NCBI RefSeq assembly: GCF_009914755.1
Contig: NC_060927.1
Origin: the human T2T-CHM13v2.0 reference genome, Homo sapiens
DNA length: 64,000 bases
Direction: 5' to 3' (one strand)
Shown here: piece after piece, positions 43,201 through 57,409 of the stretch
How the letters are laid out: each line of letters starts with the position of its first letter
Numbering within the stretch: the stretch's first letter is position 1
The notes under the pieces: generated by a model
The model's database searches: none
Told to the model about the DNA's origin: nothing
What the model saw: the letters and a program-made list of their open reading frames with translations, nothing else
Position numbers and translations under genes: made by a program

Positions 43201-45431
43201 TGGACATGATGCTTTTGGCCTCTACTCCTCGACCTTCGACCAAACAGTCCTAAAAGTGGGGGAAGCCTGGGGCCTGGGCCTTTCATCCCCATTTCCTTCC
43301 ATTGGGGGGCTGGAGAATTGGGAGAGCAGCCCAGAGCAGGCTCTCCTTAGGTAGGGCCATGGACCAGGAGGGCAGCCCTAGCCTGTCCACCGGAGGGGCG
43401 TAGGAAGGAGCTCACAAGGCCAGGATATGAGCTCACAAGCCTGGTGGGGGTGGGCAATGGGGAAGAGCCCAGGAAGGGCAGCAAAGGGCTGTGACATCTG
43501 CCCTCCCCACCACCTGATTCAAAACTCTTTCGGTGGGGGGTCATCCTCCATCAGAACTCAAGCTCAATCAATCCCCTGGCCCCACGCTTCCAAATGCAAA
43601 TTATCTCAATGAAGCGAAGAAACCATATTGATTTTCAACTGAAATCTTGCCTGGAAATAAGTTGAAATGTTCATGATCAAAATCTGTGGCCAGGAGATGG
43701 GATCAGACCTAGAGGCCCTGCTGGCGCCAACCTGGTAGCAGGTGTTGGCAGAGACCTGCGTGAGGACAGTCCTAGGCAGTCACAGCCGCTCCAGCGGGCA
43801 TCCACCTCCCGCAGCAGCCAGAACCCCGCCCAGACAACACTGCCCTCAACAGGGAAGGTGCGGGCAGGAGCAGCTCTTCCACAGGTTCACGATACCCCGA
43901 GATAACTGAGAAAGACACAGGAGTACCCCCAAAACCACATGGAGGCATTTCTGCTATATAGTCAGCAAATGAAAAATGTCAACAGTGACCTACGCCCAAA
44001 TCACATGCATGCCATAAGGTTATTTTTCAATTTCTGTTTACTGCAGACCCGCCTTGGGCAAGCTGGTGCAGTTTTCTTTTTCTTTAGTGAGTTGAGTTCT
44101 ACTCCTAACACGCAGGTGAGGTCGAGAGGCCCACTCAGTGCCGCGTGAGGCAGGATAAGGCCGTGAATGAAAGGCTGCCAGACCCAGGCCTGCGGAAACC
44201 ACAGTAGCCACAGAGCTAAGCGGTGGGGTATTCGTTACCGCACCTGACCCTCTTTGGCGCTGTCCTGGCCTGTGGCAGGTCAGAAGTTGCCTTCCCACTG
44301 GTAAATGCGATTGGTCATTCTGTGATCATTCATTCATTCATTCACTCATTTACAGTAGTCCCAAATATTTGCTGGGACTGTGTACAACAGAGCATTGTAC
44401 CAAGCACTGGGGATATAAAAGTGATGAAGGCACAGTTCCTGCTCTCTAGAAAGGAGCCCATGGATTTGGCCTTCTACCTTTGGTGTTCTCAATTCTGCGA
44501 CAGTCTCGGCAAAAAACCCAACCGGGCATAAAGGCTTGACATTCTGCACAGGAAGGAAGCACGCAGGGACAGAATGTCCATTTGTGAGAAAAGGAGATAC
44601 AAAAAATAGACATCCCTGGAGGGCTCCTCCTCCTTCTTTCAATTTGATCCCAACACTCCCCTCCCTAGAGAAGACAAGACTGTTCAACAGCATTGCCACC
44701 CCATCTGCCAGGTGGCCGGAGGGAGCAAAGGCACAGCCTCCCAGGGGCCCTCTGCTCTGACCTGGCTGCCTGGTGGAAAAACACTACAAATCTGGTAGGA
44801 GGTGATTTGATTTTCTTGCCTGGTTGCGATGCAGTTATGGTGTTATAAAACAGAGGGACCGAAAGACTCTCACAGGGAAGCAGAAGGAAATGGTCTTTTC
44901 ATCTTCCCATGTACCATTCTGTAACTCAAGTGCAGCAACCTCCATTTTACAGAATGTTCTCTCTGTGGATTTTCAGAGCCAGGCTAAGAAAATGAAAGAA
45001 GTCTTCAGGGGTAGAGGTGGGAAGAACCTGAGGGACCTGGGGTGGGCATCTGCGTTCTAGAAGAGTCTTCGCTTTGGGAAAAGCCTTCTCCAACACAGCT
45101 CCCCGGTAAACATGAGTGTTCAGAGATCAGTGCTTAAAAGAGAGGCCTTAGGAAGGGAGACACAGCAAAACTGGAATCTAAGTTTGGGGAGTACCTCACA
45201 CGGCGGATTTGACTCTCAAGCATCATCCCTAGATTTGGTTTTGTGTTACTCCTGGGTGTCTTTGTCAGTTCCTCCAGGGGTGCCATGGACTTGCTAAAAA
45301 GGTGCTGGAATCAAAATTTTAATTCACGTATTTGTATTGATTTAGTTATTCCTCAGGCCCCATCTACTTGCAAAGATTTCGAGGTGGCATGTAATAAAGA
45401 AAATATAGACAATGCTAAAAGTTTAAAAATA

Positions 45432-45734
45432 GTGAGGTGTGGTGGCTCATGCCTGTAATCCCAGCATTTTAGGAGGCCGAGACAGGAGGATTACTTGAGC
45501 CCAGGAGTTCAAGACCAGCATGGGCAACATACTGAGACCCTATCTCTACAAAAAATCAAAACAATTTGCTGGGCATGGTGACACGTGCCTGTAGACCCAG
45601 CTACTTGGGAGGCTGAGGCAGAAGGATCACTTGAGCCCAGGAGGTTGAGGCTGCAGTAAGCCATGATCATGCCACTGCTCTCCACCTTGGGTGACAGAGT
45701 GAGACAAAATGTGTGTGTGTGTGTGTGTGTGTGT
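45432..45734 (+). mobile_element. AluJ-like SINE with (TG)n in place of poly-A
   Basis: GGATTACTTGAGCCCAGGAGTTCAAG...GAGGTTGAGGCTGCAGTAAGCCATGATC, then a TG run. Confidence 0.9.
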
Positions 45735-46349
45735 AATTTTTCTGAAGAGCAAAACGCCATGTAGAAAGAGGAAGTATTAATAAAAAGTAAGATATTTGAT
45801 TGATCAGAATGAATTTTGAAGGGTCTGTGAAATGATTATATAAATCATTGAAAGAGGTAATTGTGCAAATGTGTACATCACATAGGCTGACATAGTATCA
45901 GAGCTAGAAGGGAGCTTAAACATCCAAACATCCGTCTCCTCATACAGATAGTTGGGAAACCCAAGGTCCAGGCAAGTGAAAGATCCTGGCATGCCAGGAG
46001 CCCAGGGCCCATGAGGACCTGTAACCTGCAACGGGGCCAGGGAAGCTGACGGCACATGGCCACACCACTGGTGGGAGGCAGACTCAGAACACTTCCATCC
46101 CTTTCTAGCATGCAGTCCTAGTCTGCTCAGGGAAGTGTTGATAGCTCAGCCTCAGTACAGCCCCCCAGGGAGGCAAATGACTGACAAACGCCTGCACATC
46201 CCTTCCTACCTGACACACCACATCATCACCCACCAGGGCACCCAAGCCAGAACCCCCAGTGCATCCTTAACCCACAGCGCATTCATCCTCCTTTCCAGCT
46301 GCCCCCCTTAAATCTCATCTCAGCCCCAGGTATTCATGTTTTCACTCCT

Positions 46350-46830
46350 CTCCAATCTAATCTCCACCATGCAACCAATGTCAACATCCTAAAATGAAAA
46401 TGAAACCAGACCTCCCCATCCTCACCAGGATAAAGCACAAATGCCTTTGCATGGTTTATGAGGCCCTCTGTGTCTGACTCCTTGGACCAGCACTCTTACC
46501 TGCACACCCCGGGCTCCTGGACTAAACTCTCATAGCTCCCTAAACTACCCTGAGCCACTGCTCCTGTAGCTCCCTGGACCTAAAATGTCCTTTCTTCCTG
46601 ACCAACTCCTGCTTTCCTTCCAATATGTCACCTCTTCCTGATGCCTTCCCTGATTACCTCTAATTGGGCCTCTCCTATGTGTTTAGAGCCCCTCATCACA
46701 ATACTTATCTGTTACTTGCTTACTTGAATGTCTCCCCCCTTGTATAAGCTCCTTGAAGGTGGAGACTTTTATTTCTGTCTCTTCAAATCTTAAAACACTG
46801 GTACACAATAAATATTTGCTGTGCAAGAAT
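46350..46830. mobile_element. L2 fragment
   Basis: TGTATAAGCTCCTTGAAGGTGGAGACT...ACAATAAATATTTGCTG L2 3'-end-like text. Confidence 0.6.
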
Positions 46831-47174
46831 GACTGGCCGACTGAATAAATGAAAGCATGCGCCAACACTGGAAGATTAGTAGAACCGTCTTGTCCCAGTG
46901 GCCAAGAAAAACATCCCCATGCGAGACGAGTCATTTTCATTCTCTTGGAAAGTAAAAAGGCAACTAAATCATTAAAATGAAATAAAAATTTTCATCTTTT
47001 AAAAAATGACTTTATACAGATCTGTCAGTACTTAATGCTTGTTCTACCCTGGAAAAAATATTGTGTGGGGGGAAGGTCGCGGCTAACATAGAGAGGGACA
47101 GCAGAGTTTAGCGTGAACACTGAAGTCTGCACTTATACGGCAGCCATTTACAACCTCCTGCCCTCTCTCTCTCT

Positions 47175-48062
47175 CTTTTTTTGGTAACAGCTTTCTTGAC
47201 ACATAATTTAAATTCCATACAATTCACCCATTTAACATGTACAATTCAGTGGATTTTAGTATGCTCACAGAGTTGTGTAACTATGACACAATTTTAGAAT
47301 ATTTTCATCACCTCAAAAAGAAATCTCGTACCCTTTAGCTATCGCTCCCCCAAAACTCCTGGACCACCTGCCCCAGCCCCAAGCAACCATTTTTGCCTCT
47401 TCTGGATATTTCATCTCAATGGACGCATATAGTGCGGTCTTCTGTGACGGGCTTCTTTCACTCGTCTTAATGCTTTCAAGGTGCATCGTGCTGCGGCATG
47501 TATCAATTCTTCATTCCCTCTATGGCCAAATAACATTTCATCATATTTTGCTTTTCCATTCATCAGTTGATAGACATTTGGTGATTTCCACCTTTTGGCT
47601 ATTATGAATAATGCTGATATGAATGTTCATTTGCATGTTAGTGTGCGGGCGTATGTTTTCAGTTCTCTCGGGCATTTGGTGATTTCCACCGTTTGGCTAT
47701 TATGACTCATGCTGATACGAACGTCCATTTGCATGTTAGTGTGTGGGCGCATGTTTTCAGTTCTCTCGGGTCTCTGTACACCTATCTAGGAGTGGAACGG
47801 CTGGTCAGGGTCACTAAGTTTGTGAACAGCCAGACTGTTCTTCAGAGCAGCTGTACCACTTCATATTCCCACCACCGGTGAGTGCGGGTTCCCATGCCTC
47901 CAACTCCTCACCAGCACCTGTTATTGTCCTGCCTTTCTTTTTTTATTATAGCTGACCAGTGGATATGAACTGGTGTCTCACTGTAGCTTTGCTTTACACT
48001 CTGCCTGATGACTAACGATGTTGAGCATCTTTTTGTGTGCTTTTTAGCCATTTGAATGTCTC
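47175..48062 (-). mobile_element. L1MB-like fragment containing an internal ~98-bp tandem duplication
   Basis: TACAATTCACCCATTTAACATGTACAATTCAGTGG...TGATGACTAACGATGTTGAGCATCTTTT; CATTTGGTGATTTCCACC...TTTTCAGTTCTCTCGGG occurs twice (about 47575-47672 and 47673-47770). Confidence 0.8.
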
Positions 48063-50185
48063 TCCTGCCATTCTGCCAGTCTCAGCAAATACTCAGTGCA
48101 AGCTACTCAGTTGCCAGGATTTCCTGGTAGATCTGTGGTCCCTCTCTGAGGACCCTCAGGTACAGCCCCAGCATGCCCACCAACAGGTAGGAGCTGCCCA
48201 TTAGCACCTTTAGAGATGACTCTGGAGCTGGCTTTGAAGTGACAATGATCACACTCAGTAGACAGGGACTATCTGAATGCAGCCTGCTGTCTTCTAGAAA
48301 CTGCTAGGCAGGTCTGGGCTTAGAGGGGAAAGGCAGAGATGAGTGAAGATGGGGTGGACCCTGCTGGTCCTCAAGGACTTTATAACCTTTAGCTGTGGAG
48401 ACACCAGGTAAGATTAAATAAATGCTTTAACCAAGTCATTAGCAGAATGCTTCAGAAATGGAGGAAAGAGGAGAGGTGATTCCTACTTACGGGTGAAGTG
48501 TAGATCAGGGAAAGGGTTCATGCCAGTAGCTATGCTAGAGCTCAGCTTACAAAGGAAGTAAGTTTCCACAGCCAGAGTTGGGGAAGGACATGCTATGCTA
48601 AGAAATCAGCCTGAGCAAAGCACTGGAGGCGAGAGGAGGGGAACGGAGGCAACAGGCAATCTGGAGGGGCTGGGCTCAAGTCAGCACCTTCAAGAATCTG
48701 AACAAATGTACCCATGGCCATACACAACAAAACGTGCATACAATTTCAGGGTGCAGGGAGAAGGGAGAGGAGGGCAGTGAGGCTGAAAGATCAGCTTGAG
48801 GCCAGATCGGAAGAGGCCTTTATGCTGCACCAACTGCGGCTTTGTCCCATACGCTCAGAAAAACAAGGCAGAGCTGGACCCAATGGTGACAGGATCCCCA
48901 AGGGTCTGCTTAGCCTGGGACCTGCAAACACAACACCATTGCCAAGACCTGCAAATTCTGCAAGCAGGACCATTCAGGTCCCTCCTTCAATGTATCCCTC
49001 GTGCCCTCTACGGCCTATTCTCAGAAATGGGCCAAACAGTGTTCTCCCTTGTGCCGGCCTGCTCCATTGGCCGGTTCCTTCCCAAGCTGCTGAGGAAGCA
49101 GCCTCGCTTTGTCACAGGCATCCTCATTACCCACTACCTGACCCCCACATTGCTCAAACACCCTAGACTCAGAAGCCGAACCACCCTCTTTCCGTCTCCC
49201 CATTCATTTCCAAACACACACAGTCTTCTTTGTTCATGAAAGGGACAGGTGATCTGACTTGCCTGAAAGGCGGGTGGATTTTTCAGTCCTAGCTCCACAT
49301 TCATCAGCACCTTACAAGTAAGGGCAGGCCTTGGCTTTGCAGCTAGCTGTTATAGAGCAAGCCTGACATATAGCCTTTGGCTAACTATAGCACAGCTATT
49401 TCTGCAACTGCAGCAAAGTGCACCACAAATCAGCAGTCACAAAGAATGGCTTGGAATCTGTTACAGCAAGAAAGTGCATCTCCAGAAAGCTCCATTCCAG
49501 CTGTAGGACACTTTTCCCGCTCTCTTTCCTCCACTGTGGTCCCAAGTCAACAATGCAAGCAACAGTTCAAACTGAGAACTGAGAACCTCCTTCTGCGAAG
49601 ACCACTCTCAGAGCACAAGCAGGGGCAGGGCCAGGGTGATGAGGCAGGCAGGAGGTGACAAACCTCTATGGTAAATGTTTACCAGTGACCCCACCATATC
49701 CAGGCTAATTTCATAGTCATCACAAAATATATAATATTACCACACAGTGAAAAGAACACTCAATTATACTTGAGGCTTGGATCTTCCATTTCCTAGTTTT
49801 GTGACCTTGGACAAATTCTATAAAATGAGGACACTGTCTTTGCTGTCTATCCCTGAGGGCCTCAGTGAAGAGGTTTGCCAATGAAGACAGAAGTCCAGGC
49901 AGGTGATCAGCATCTAGCAGGCCCAAGAGGAAGATGCTAGAAGCCAGCCAGTGAGACTTGGGGGAGCCAGGCGGGACCTCACTCCTAAGGAACTAAGGAA
50001 CCCAGTGGGGTCCCTCAGTGCCAGCCTGCAATACCCAGAGGACAAGGATAGCATGTGATCCACACCGCTAAGGCCTGAAGCCCACCTCCACATTTACAGC
50101 TGTGACATGCTGGCCATGAGCTTTTGCCTTTCTGTGCCTCAGCTTCCTCACTTCTAAAATGGGGATAGAAATAGTATTGGCTTTA

Positions 50186-50488
<303 letters not shown>

Positions 50489-51624
50489 TTATTATTACAA
50501 ACTATGTCTCTGTTCACCATTAATTTAAACTGCATTTAAATTGCAGTTTGAGAGGTAGGCAAAGTTTTTGGAGGAACTAATGACATCAGCCTTCACTGGG
50601 GAGATGGATACACCTAATCAGAGCTGAAGAGCCAAGGAGGAATGCCACGGTTTTACTCTCGGCTTACTTGGAGATTTGCAACTGACACCTACCAGCCAGC
50701 AGACGGTAGTGAAGCAGGATGCTTAAAGACTAGTAATAATCATCTTTCATAAATATATGGAACACTTTCAGGTTTACACAGATTAACGCTGAGATGCACA
50801 ATATGATTCTCATTTTACCAATGAAGAAAGTGAAGCCAGATTTTAAGTATTTGCTTAATTCCATGCACAATTCTCTTTCTACCAAAACCATATATTCTGA
50901 TGGACTAGATTTTCTGGTTAACAAGGGCAGAAGTAACTACATTCTGTAAACTGAATCGTCCTGCTGAGTTCTAGTGAAACAAAAGCTTACAACATCATAA
51001 ATAAAAAACCCTGCTTGGGGTGGAGGTGGTGGGCAAGTGTAAGCACCAGCATGGTCTCAGGGACCTGACAGAAGGAGGGTGGCAAGAGAAGGAATCAGGC
51101 AGATTAAGGGGCATGAAATGTGAAGAGAAAGACGGCTGAAGCCCCAGGTGCCCCGCCTGCTGAGCAGACAGATGGCTGCAAGTCCCAACGCTCTGATAAA
51201 AAAAGGAAAATTAATTTTTCCTGAATGGCCCTGGAGTCCCAGCAGCTGACATCGGCAGGTGGATAACTGAGCCAGCCCTTGGGGTGGGGAGTGGGAGAGG
51301 GGGAAGAAGGGTGGGAACTTTCTTCTCAAGTAAGAAGGAAAACACTGGAGAATTCAATAGGTGTCCAAGAGTTTCTGGAAGTTCTACAGGCAAATGTGAT
51401 CAAAGACCTTCAGGAGAAATGTGTCCCATAAGTGACAGCATCTATTGAACTCTAAAAATGAATGTGTCTGCACCAAGAAAACTAGATGTTCAGCTTCCAG
51501 CATGATAAACATTTCATATTTGAGTCACCTCTGCTACGCCTAACAAGCAGAGGCGGACGAGCTGCTGTGCCAAACGCTCCCAGATGCACACTCTCGGCAA
51601 CTTGTTGCCATGCAGCATTGTATA

Positions 51625-52540
51625 CAGTCACGCACCACGTGACGACGTTGCAGTCAACGACAGAACACACGAACAGAGGATGGTGCCAGAAGATCATGAT
51701 GGAGCTGAAAAATCCCCATTGCCTAGTGACGTCTTGGGGATCCTGACCCTGTGCAGGCCTAGGCTGATGTATGTGTTTGGCTTGTTTTTAACAAAAAAGT
51801 TTTAAAAAATTAAAAACTTACAAAATGGAAAAAAGCTTACAGAATAAGGATAAAAAGAAAAAGTATTTACTTTTGGCTGGGTGTGGAGGCTCATGCCTGT
51901 AATCCTGGCACTTTGGGAGGCTGAGGCAGGAGGGTCGCCTGAGCCCAGGAGTTTGAGACCAACCTCGGCAATATAGTGAGACCCCTGCCAAGTAAAAGAC
52001 AGATAGACAGACAGAAAGAAAGAAAGAAATTTTTGTACAGCTGTACAATATATTTGTGTTTTAAGCTGAGTGTTATTACAAGAGTCAAAAAGGTTTTTAA
52101 AATTTAAAAGTTTCTAAGGAAAAGAGCTGCAGTAAGCTCAGGTTAATTTATTTTTGAAGAAAGAACATTTATTTCTATAAATTTAGCATAGCCTACACGT
52201 GCCTGAATAGAAAAAGCTTACAGCAGTGCAAAGTAACGTCCCAGGCCTTCACACTCACCCACTGACGCACCCGGAGCAACTTCCAGTCCTACAAGCTCCA
52301 CTGATGGTAGATGCCCTATACAGAGGCACCATTTTTCATGTTTTACTCTTTCTATGTACTGTACTTTTTCTATATTTAAGTATTTTTAGATATACAAATA
52401 TTTACCCCTGTGTTATAGCTGCCTACAGTGTTCAGTACAGAAACATGTTGTACAGGTTTGTAGCCCAGGAGCACGAGGCTACCCCTATACCATACACCCC
52501 ATTGCTCCCAGGCTACAGACCTGTATACCATGCTACTGTA
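51625..52540 (-). mobile_element. Tigger3b (MER7B-like) element interrupted by an Alu monomer
   Basis: TA|CAGTCACGCACCACGTGACGACGTTGCAGTCAACGAC terminus and TGTACAGGTTTGTAGCCCAGGAGCA, reverse-complementary to the 26.2-kb Tigger3a. Confidence 0.8.
51875..52030 (+). mobile_element. FLAM/AluJ monomer with GACA/GAAA tail
   Basis: Single left-arm Alu sequence. Confidence 0.8.
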
Positions 52541-52769
52541 ATGAATCAGCACACACATTTGTGTTCCCAGCAGCTGACAAGATTAATCTTCAGGATGCCA
52601 GGAAGGGACTCGGAGAAAGCTACAAGCTGGGGCCCTGGCTTCCCCGGTAAGAAATGTATGTCTGCATAGAGTTCCTCCAGACAGGCCTGCTCCCTGCCTC
52701 TGGAAGCCTGGCAGAGAGGAAACGCTTTCCATCCGTATTTCCCACTGGCTGGCATCATGGCGTGAAGAG

Positions 52770-52772
<3 letters not shown>

Positions 52773-52820
<48 letters not shown>

Positions 52821-52835
52821 CGCGTGCGCACGTGC
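52773..52835. repeat. (TG)n(CG)n compound microsatellite
   Basis: About 20 TG units directly followed by CGCGCGCGCGCGTGCGCACGTGC. Confidence 0.95.
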
Positions 52836-54126
52836 AAAGAGCTATCAGCTATTTCCAAAGACGACTCAGTAAATAAGAGCTTTTCTATAAATCTGAGTAT
52901 CTGAAGGACTTTTGTGGGGAAAGGTGTGAGGACATGTTTTCGTTTGGCATCAGAGTATGTTTGGCAGGGGCAATGGGTAGAAACCACAGGGGCGTAGATT
53001 GTTTTAGGTTTAATAGACAGAAAGACATTCTAACAAACTCATCCAATCATCAAATAATGGGCTGCTCTGAAAGTGGCCACGTCCCCACTGTGGGAGGTGA
53101 TCCGCTTGAGACTGACAGATCTGGGATGCTGCAGGCGGAATCCAACATGAGGCGAGATACCCTCGATGTCCCTCCCATTCCCAGAATTCTGCGACGATAT
53201 CAACAGAATCTATAATGGTCTGCTAGAGTTAGGAAAGATAGTTCAATTCACCTTTCTCATTTTACACAGGAGGAAACCAAGGTGGATAGGAAGGGACTGG
53301 ACCCGAGGCACCTGAGTCTATCTTTCCATCCCCTTATCAAAAAAGAGTCAGTCAGCAGGGGCAGGGAGGTTTGTTCAGCATTTCAGTGAAGAGAAAGGGG
53401 TGTTGGGAGATGGGAGGGAGGACAGTGAAGTACAAGTGGCTTCCATTTTCCAGGGCAGATGACACACTGGGCACCTCCACACTTCCCTGGAGAACCCAGG
53501 CTGGCTCGGAACACAGTCCCTAGGCCTCAGCACCAGGAGGCTGAGACCCACGGGAATGACACTGTGGCAGAAGTCAGCTGCTTTTGCAGTACATAGCAGG
53601 ATGGGGTTCCTGTGACTGAAGGGGCAGACACGGAAACTCAGACTGGAAGAGCTTTCTACTGTAGAAAAGAGGTTTTTACTGTGGGAAAGAGATTTTCTAC
53701 AGTAAATCTTTGCTGTCACCTTAGATGGATAAATGGATGGACGGATGGACAGACGGGGATGGCAGGACGGCAGTCAGGTAGGCAGGCAGGCATTATTCTA
53801 GTGCTTCCCTAGGGTAAGAGAAAGGTTCACCCGACTCAGGCTGCAGACATAAAAAAGTGAAACCCATGCCCTCTGATAATGACCAACATTCCCTCTATGG
53901 TGTAGAAGCTATGAATGGCCTGGCTGGATACAGTTTCCACTAAAACCTACACCACTGACATTTCCCAATGATCAGAAGCCCTCAGCAACAGTCTGAGAGC
54001 AGCCATGCACGGCTGCCTTTAATTACACACTGATCACAGCCTCACCAGGGCCGTCACCATGCTGGGAGGAAAAGCGATAACATCATTTTGCTGGAGAGAG
54101 CCCCACACGTCAGAGCAGAAATGCAG

Positions 54127-54165
54127 CCTTTGCCAAATGTGACTGTGGACAGAGATGAGAGATCC
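54127..54165 (+). repeat. Left arm of a perfect 39-bp dispersed inverted repeat
   Basis: CCTTTGCCAAATGTGACTGTGGACAGAGATGAGAGATCC is the exact reverse complement of 57371-57409. Confidence 0.95.
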
Positions 54166-56470
54166 ACTCGGACAGCGCTCAAACGCCAACATAGGACCCT
54201 CAGTGCTCCTATAGGTTTGAATGAAAAGACTATCTTTAACATACACCTGTATACTGCAACCCACCCCGGCCCAAAAAAATAAATGGGACTCAGTGACCCA
54301 GGCTATAAGGTGGCTGGGTAGGAGACTGCAAAACATCTCAAGAGCTGCTATTTCCTAATTCAGGAAATAGAGGATGTGGTCTAAGAACCATCACTCCAGG
54401 ACCTCAGGGGCAGAGGGGACAGGCAGGGGACTGAGCCCAGGAACCTGGGTTCTAGTCCTGACCAAGCGGCCCCGGGTGAACGCAACTTACCGAAAACTTA
54501 GTGTCTTCTACAAAACAAGGATAAAACCACCTGCGTTCTTATGTCACTGAATTAGTATGAGGAGCAAATTTAAAATATGAATGTAAAACCAATTTGCACA
54601 CAGTTGAGCACCGTTCAAGCACACAGGACGACAGCACTGCTATAAGCCCTGGCCAGAAGCACACAAGGTGAAGTGGGCAGCTCACAGGACGCAGGGAGCT
54701 GCCAGGAAGGCCACTGCATGTCTGTCAAAGGGCATGGAGACTTCAGCCTGGACAAGAAAAATAAATAAATAAATAAAAACAAGCAGAGGTCCAAGGAAAT
54801 AAATAACTTATTCTTTGTTTTAGACCATTTTTAGAAGTGGCGTCGAAGGGTAAAAACCTTCATCAGAAAGGCCTGGACCCAGAAAACAGGTTCTCAAACT
54901 GAGAAATGAGCACAGGATTGAGTGTCTAAAAGGAGATGATTACACTGCAACTCGTTCGAGTCCTAGGAGGCTGTCCACAAGCTTAGGCTTAGCTGCAGGC
55001 AGCCAATGGGATCCTTCAATCATACAGGTACAGCCTGCCACAGTGCCCAGGTGCCTCATCAGCTTGCTGTGGGGGCCAGGACAGAGAAGGGGCACTGAAG
55101 GGAAGAAAAAAGTGGAGGGAGAAACAAAGTGGGGTGTGACACTTTTCTTCTGGGGCAGGGGAAGGGGTGACATGTAGGGACAGGGGCATTACAAACTGAA
55201 GTTTGAGATGCTTTAATAATGGTGCTTCAAAAATCCTTGACCCCATATTGTTGGAAGCTATTTTCAGCTGGCAATTTACAAAACCACACATGGTCAGCTC
55301 CAATCTGGCCACAGTTTCTGCACCTTTGCCATTGGGCTTTCGGCACTGGTCTTCTGCACCATGGATAAGAGCACAAAGCCATGTTTTCCCACATGGGTAA
55401 AGGGTGGGGTAAGGGTGTGCACCTGCCTGTAACCTCAAAGACCGTGAAGAGAAAGGGGCTAGTGGCAGCTTCATCCAAGGCAGAAGGTGATTCCTTCCTG
55501 CACAGCACACTCCCTTTCTAGGCCAGGACAAATTCCTTCTGGCTTCAGAGGTGGTGCTGCTGCGCACTCTACATTTAACCTCTCCATGCTCTGTAAATAC
55601 TGCCTGCTTTGGCTTCACAGCACCAAGGAAAGTTATGGCTTGTATCGGACACGGAGAAAGGGAGAGGGCTCTGATGGAGCTGCTCTGTGCTTAGTATTAT
55701 GTCATGTGTACATGACATCATTGTATTCTCAGCTACTTACTGAGTACCCTTAAGTAGGTCCTGAAGGCCAGTGATTCTCAAACAGGAGGAAGAGAGGGGT
55801 CATAAACCCTTGCAGGTCAGAACTGGCAGGCAGGCTTTATCAGACACACCCTTTCTGCCTGCATAGCAACATGTGAGTCCCAGATCTCAAATATGCCATG
55901 GAAGGGGAGGTTCTCGTTTTATAGCCCATATGCTGGGTGTCTCCCCATTTCACAGATGAGGAAACAGAGGCTTTAAGAGGTTTAAGTATGTTTCGCAAAG
56001 TCATTTGGCCAGTAAGTGATGGAGCCAGAAGTCAACCTCAATGACAGAAACTTTGCCAACATTTTAGTCTATCTCCACAATGGCAATAAGAGAAGCAAGT
56101 TATCTTCCCAGGAAATTTAAGTGATTTGGTTTTATTCCTGCTAGGGACTTCAGTTCCCTCCGCTTCATGCCATCATTTGAAAATAATAACCAAGCCTTAA
56201 AACTACAAGATGTAATTAGAGAGCTGGACACTGGCTGGAGGAATGGTTTCCGTGCCAGGCCCTACCTAGACTGGATTTGTGAGACTAGGAGGGGAGAGGC
56301 TGGGCAATATTTTACTAGTCAAGGGCCTGGTCCTTGACTAATAAGGTCATAGCCTTGCAGAGGGAGACACGCATTCATGGGAAGCGTCTGTCCTCCAAGC
56401 CTGAGTAGTGAGGGCCACAGCTGGGTGCAGGCGGCCCTCAGAGAGGCTTTATGGAACTGGCAGCATCTCA

Positions 56471-56863
<393 letters not shown>

Positions 56864-57370
56864 TCAGAGAGAGAGCATCCTAGACAGAGGGAGAGCATCC
56901 TCAAGGGCCCCAAGTGTGGAAGACACCTGTGTGGGCAACAGCCAGGGGTTCAGTGCAGCTGAAACAAAAGTACAAGGGGAGCTGGTGAGAGGAGAGGTGG
57001 GTGCAGGGAGGGAGTAGCTGCCCCCAGTGTCAGGCTAAGGAGTTCGGCTTTTAAAATTAGTCCAATGTCTAGCATACAGCAGGTGCTCAGGAAAGCTGGA
57101 GACAGAGAGTCATCAGTTAGTTTGGGGACATGGAAGTGGGTAGGCGGTCCCTTGGCTGCAAAGCTCCCGGGTAGACAGTCCCTTGGCTGCAGAGCTTGGA
57201 GCTGCTAGTGACCCAGGAGACTACGTCTGATGTGAAATGAAATTGAAAGTCGAGCAGAGAGTCTGGCTAAGACCTTCTAAGAGGCGGAAAATGATGTGGA
57301 GGCAGGGAGAGGGAACCAGGCCCCCAGAGTCAGAATAGGCAGCAGGAAGGACATAAGGCCTGCTGCTTAC

Positions 57371-57409
57371 GGATCTCTCATCTCTGTCCACAGTCACATT
57401 TGGCAAAGG
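57371..57409 (-). repeat. Right arm of a perfect 39-bp dispersed inverted repeat
   Basis: GGATCTCTCATCTCTGTCCACAGTCACATTTGGCAAAGG is the exact reverse complement of 54127-54165. Confidence 0.95.
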
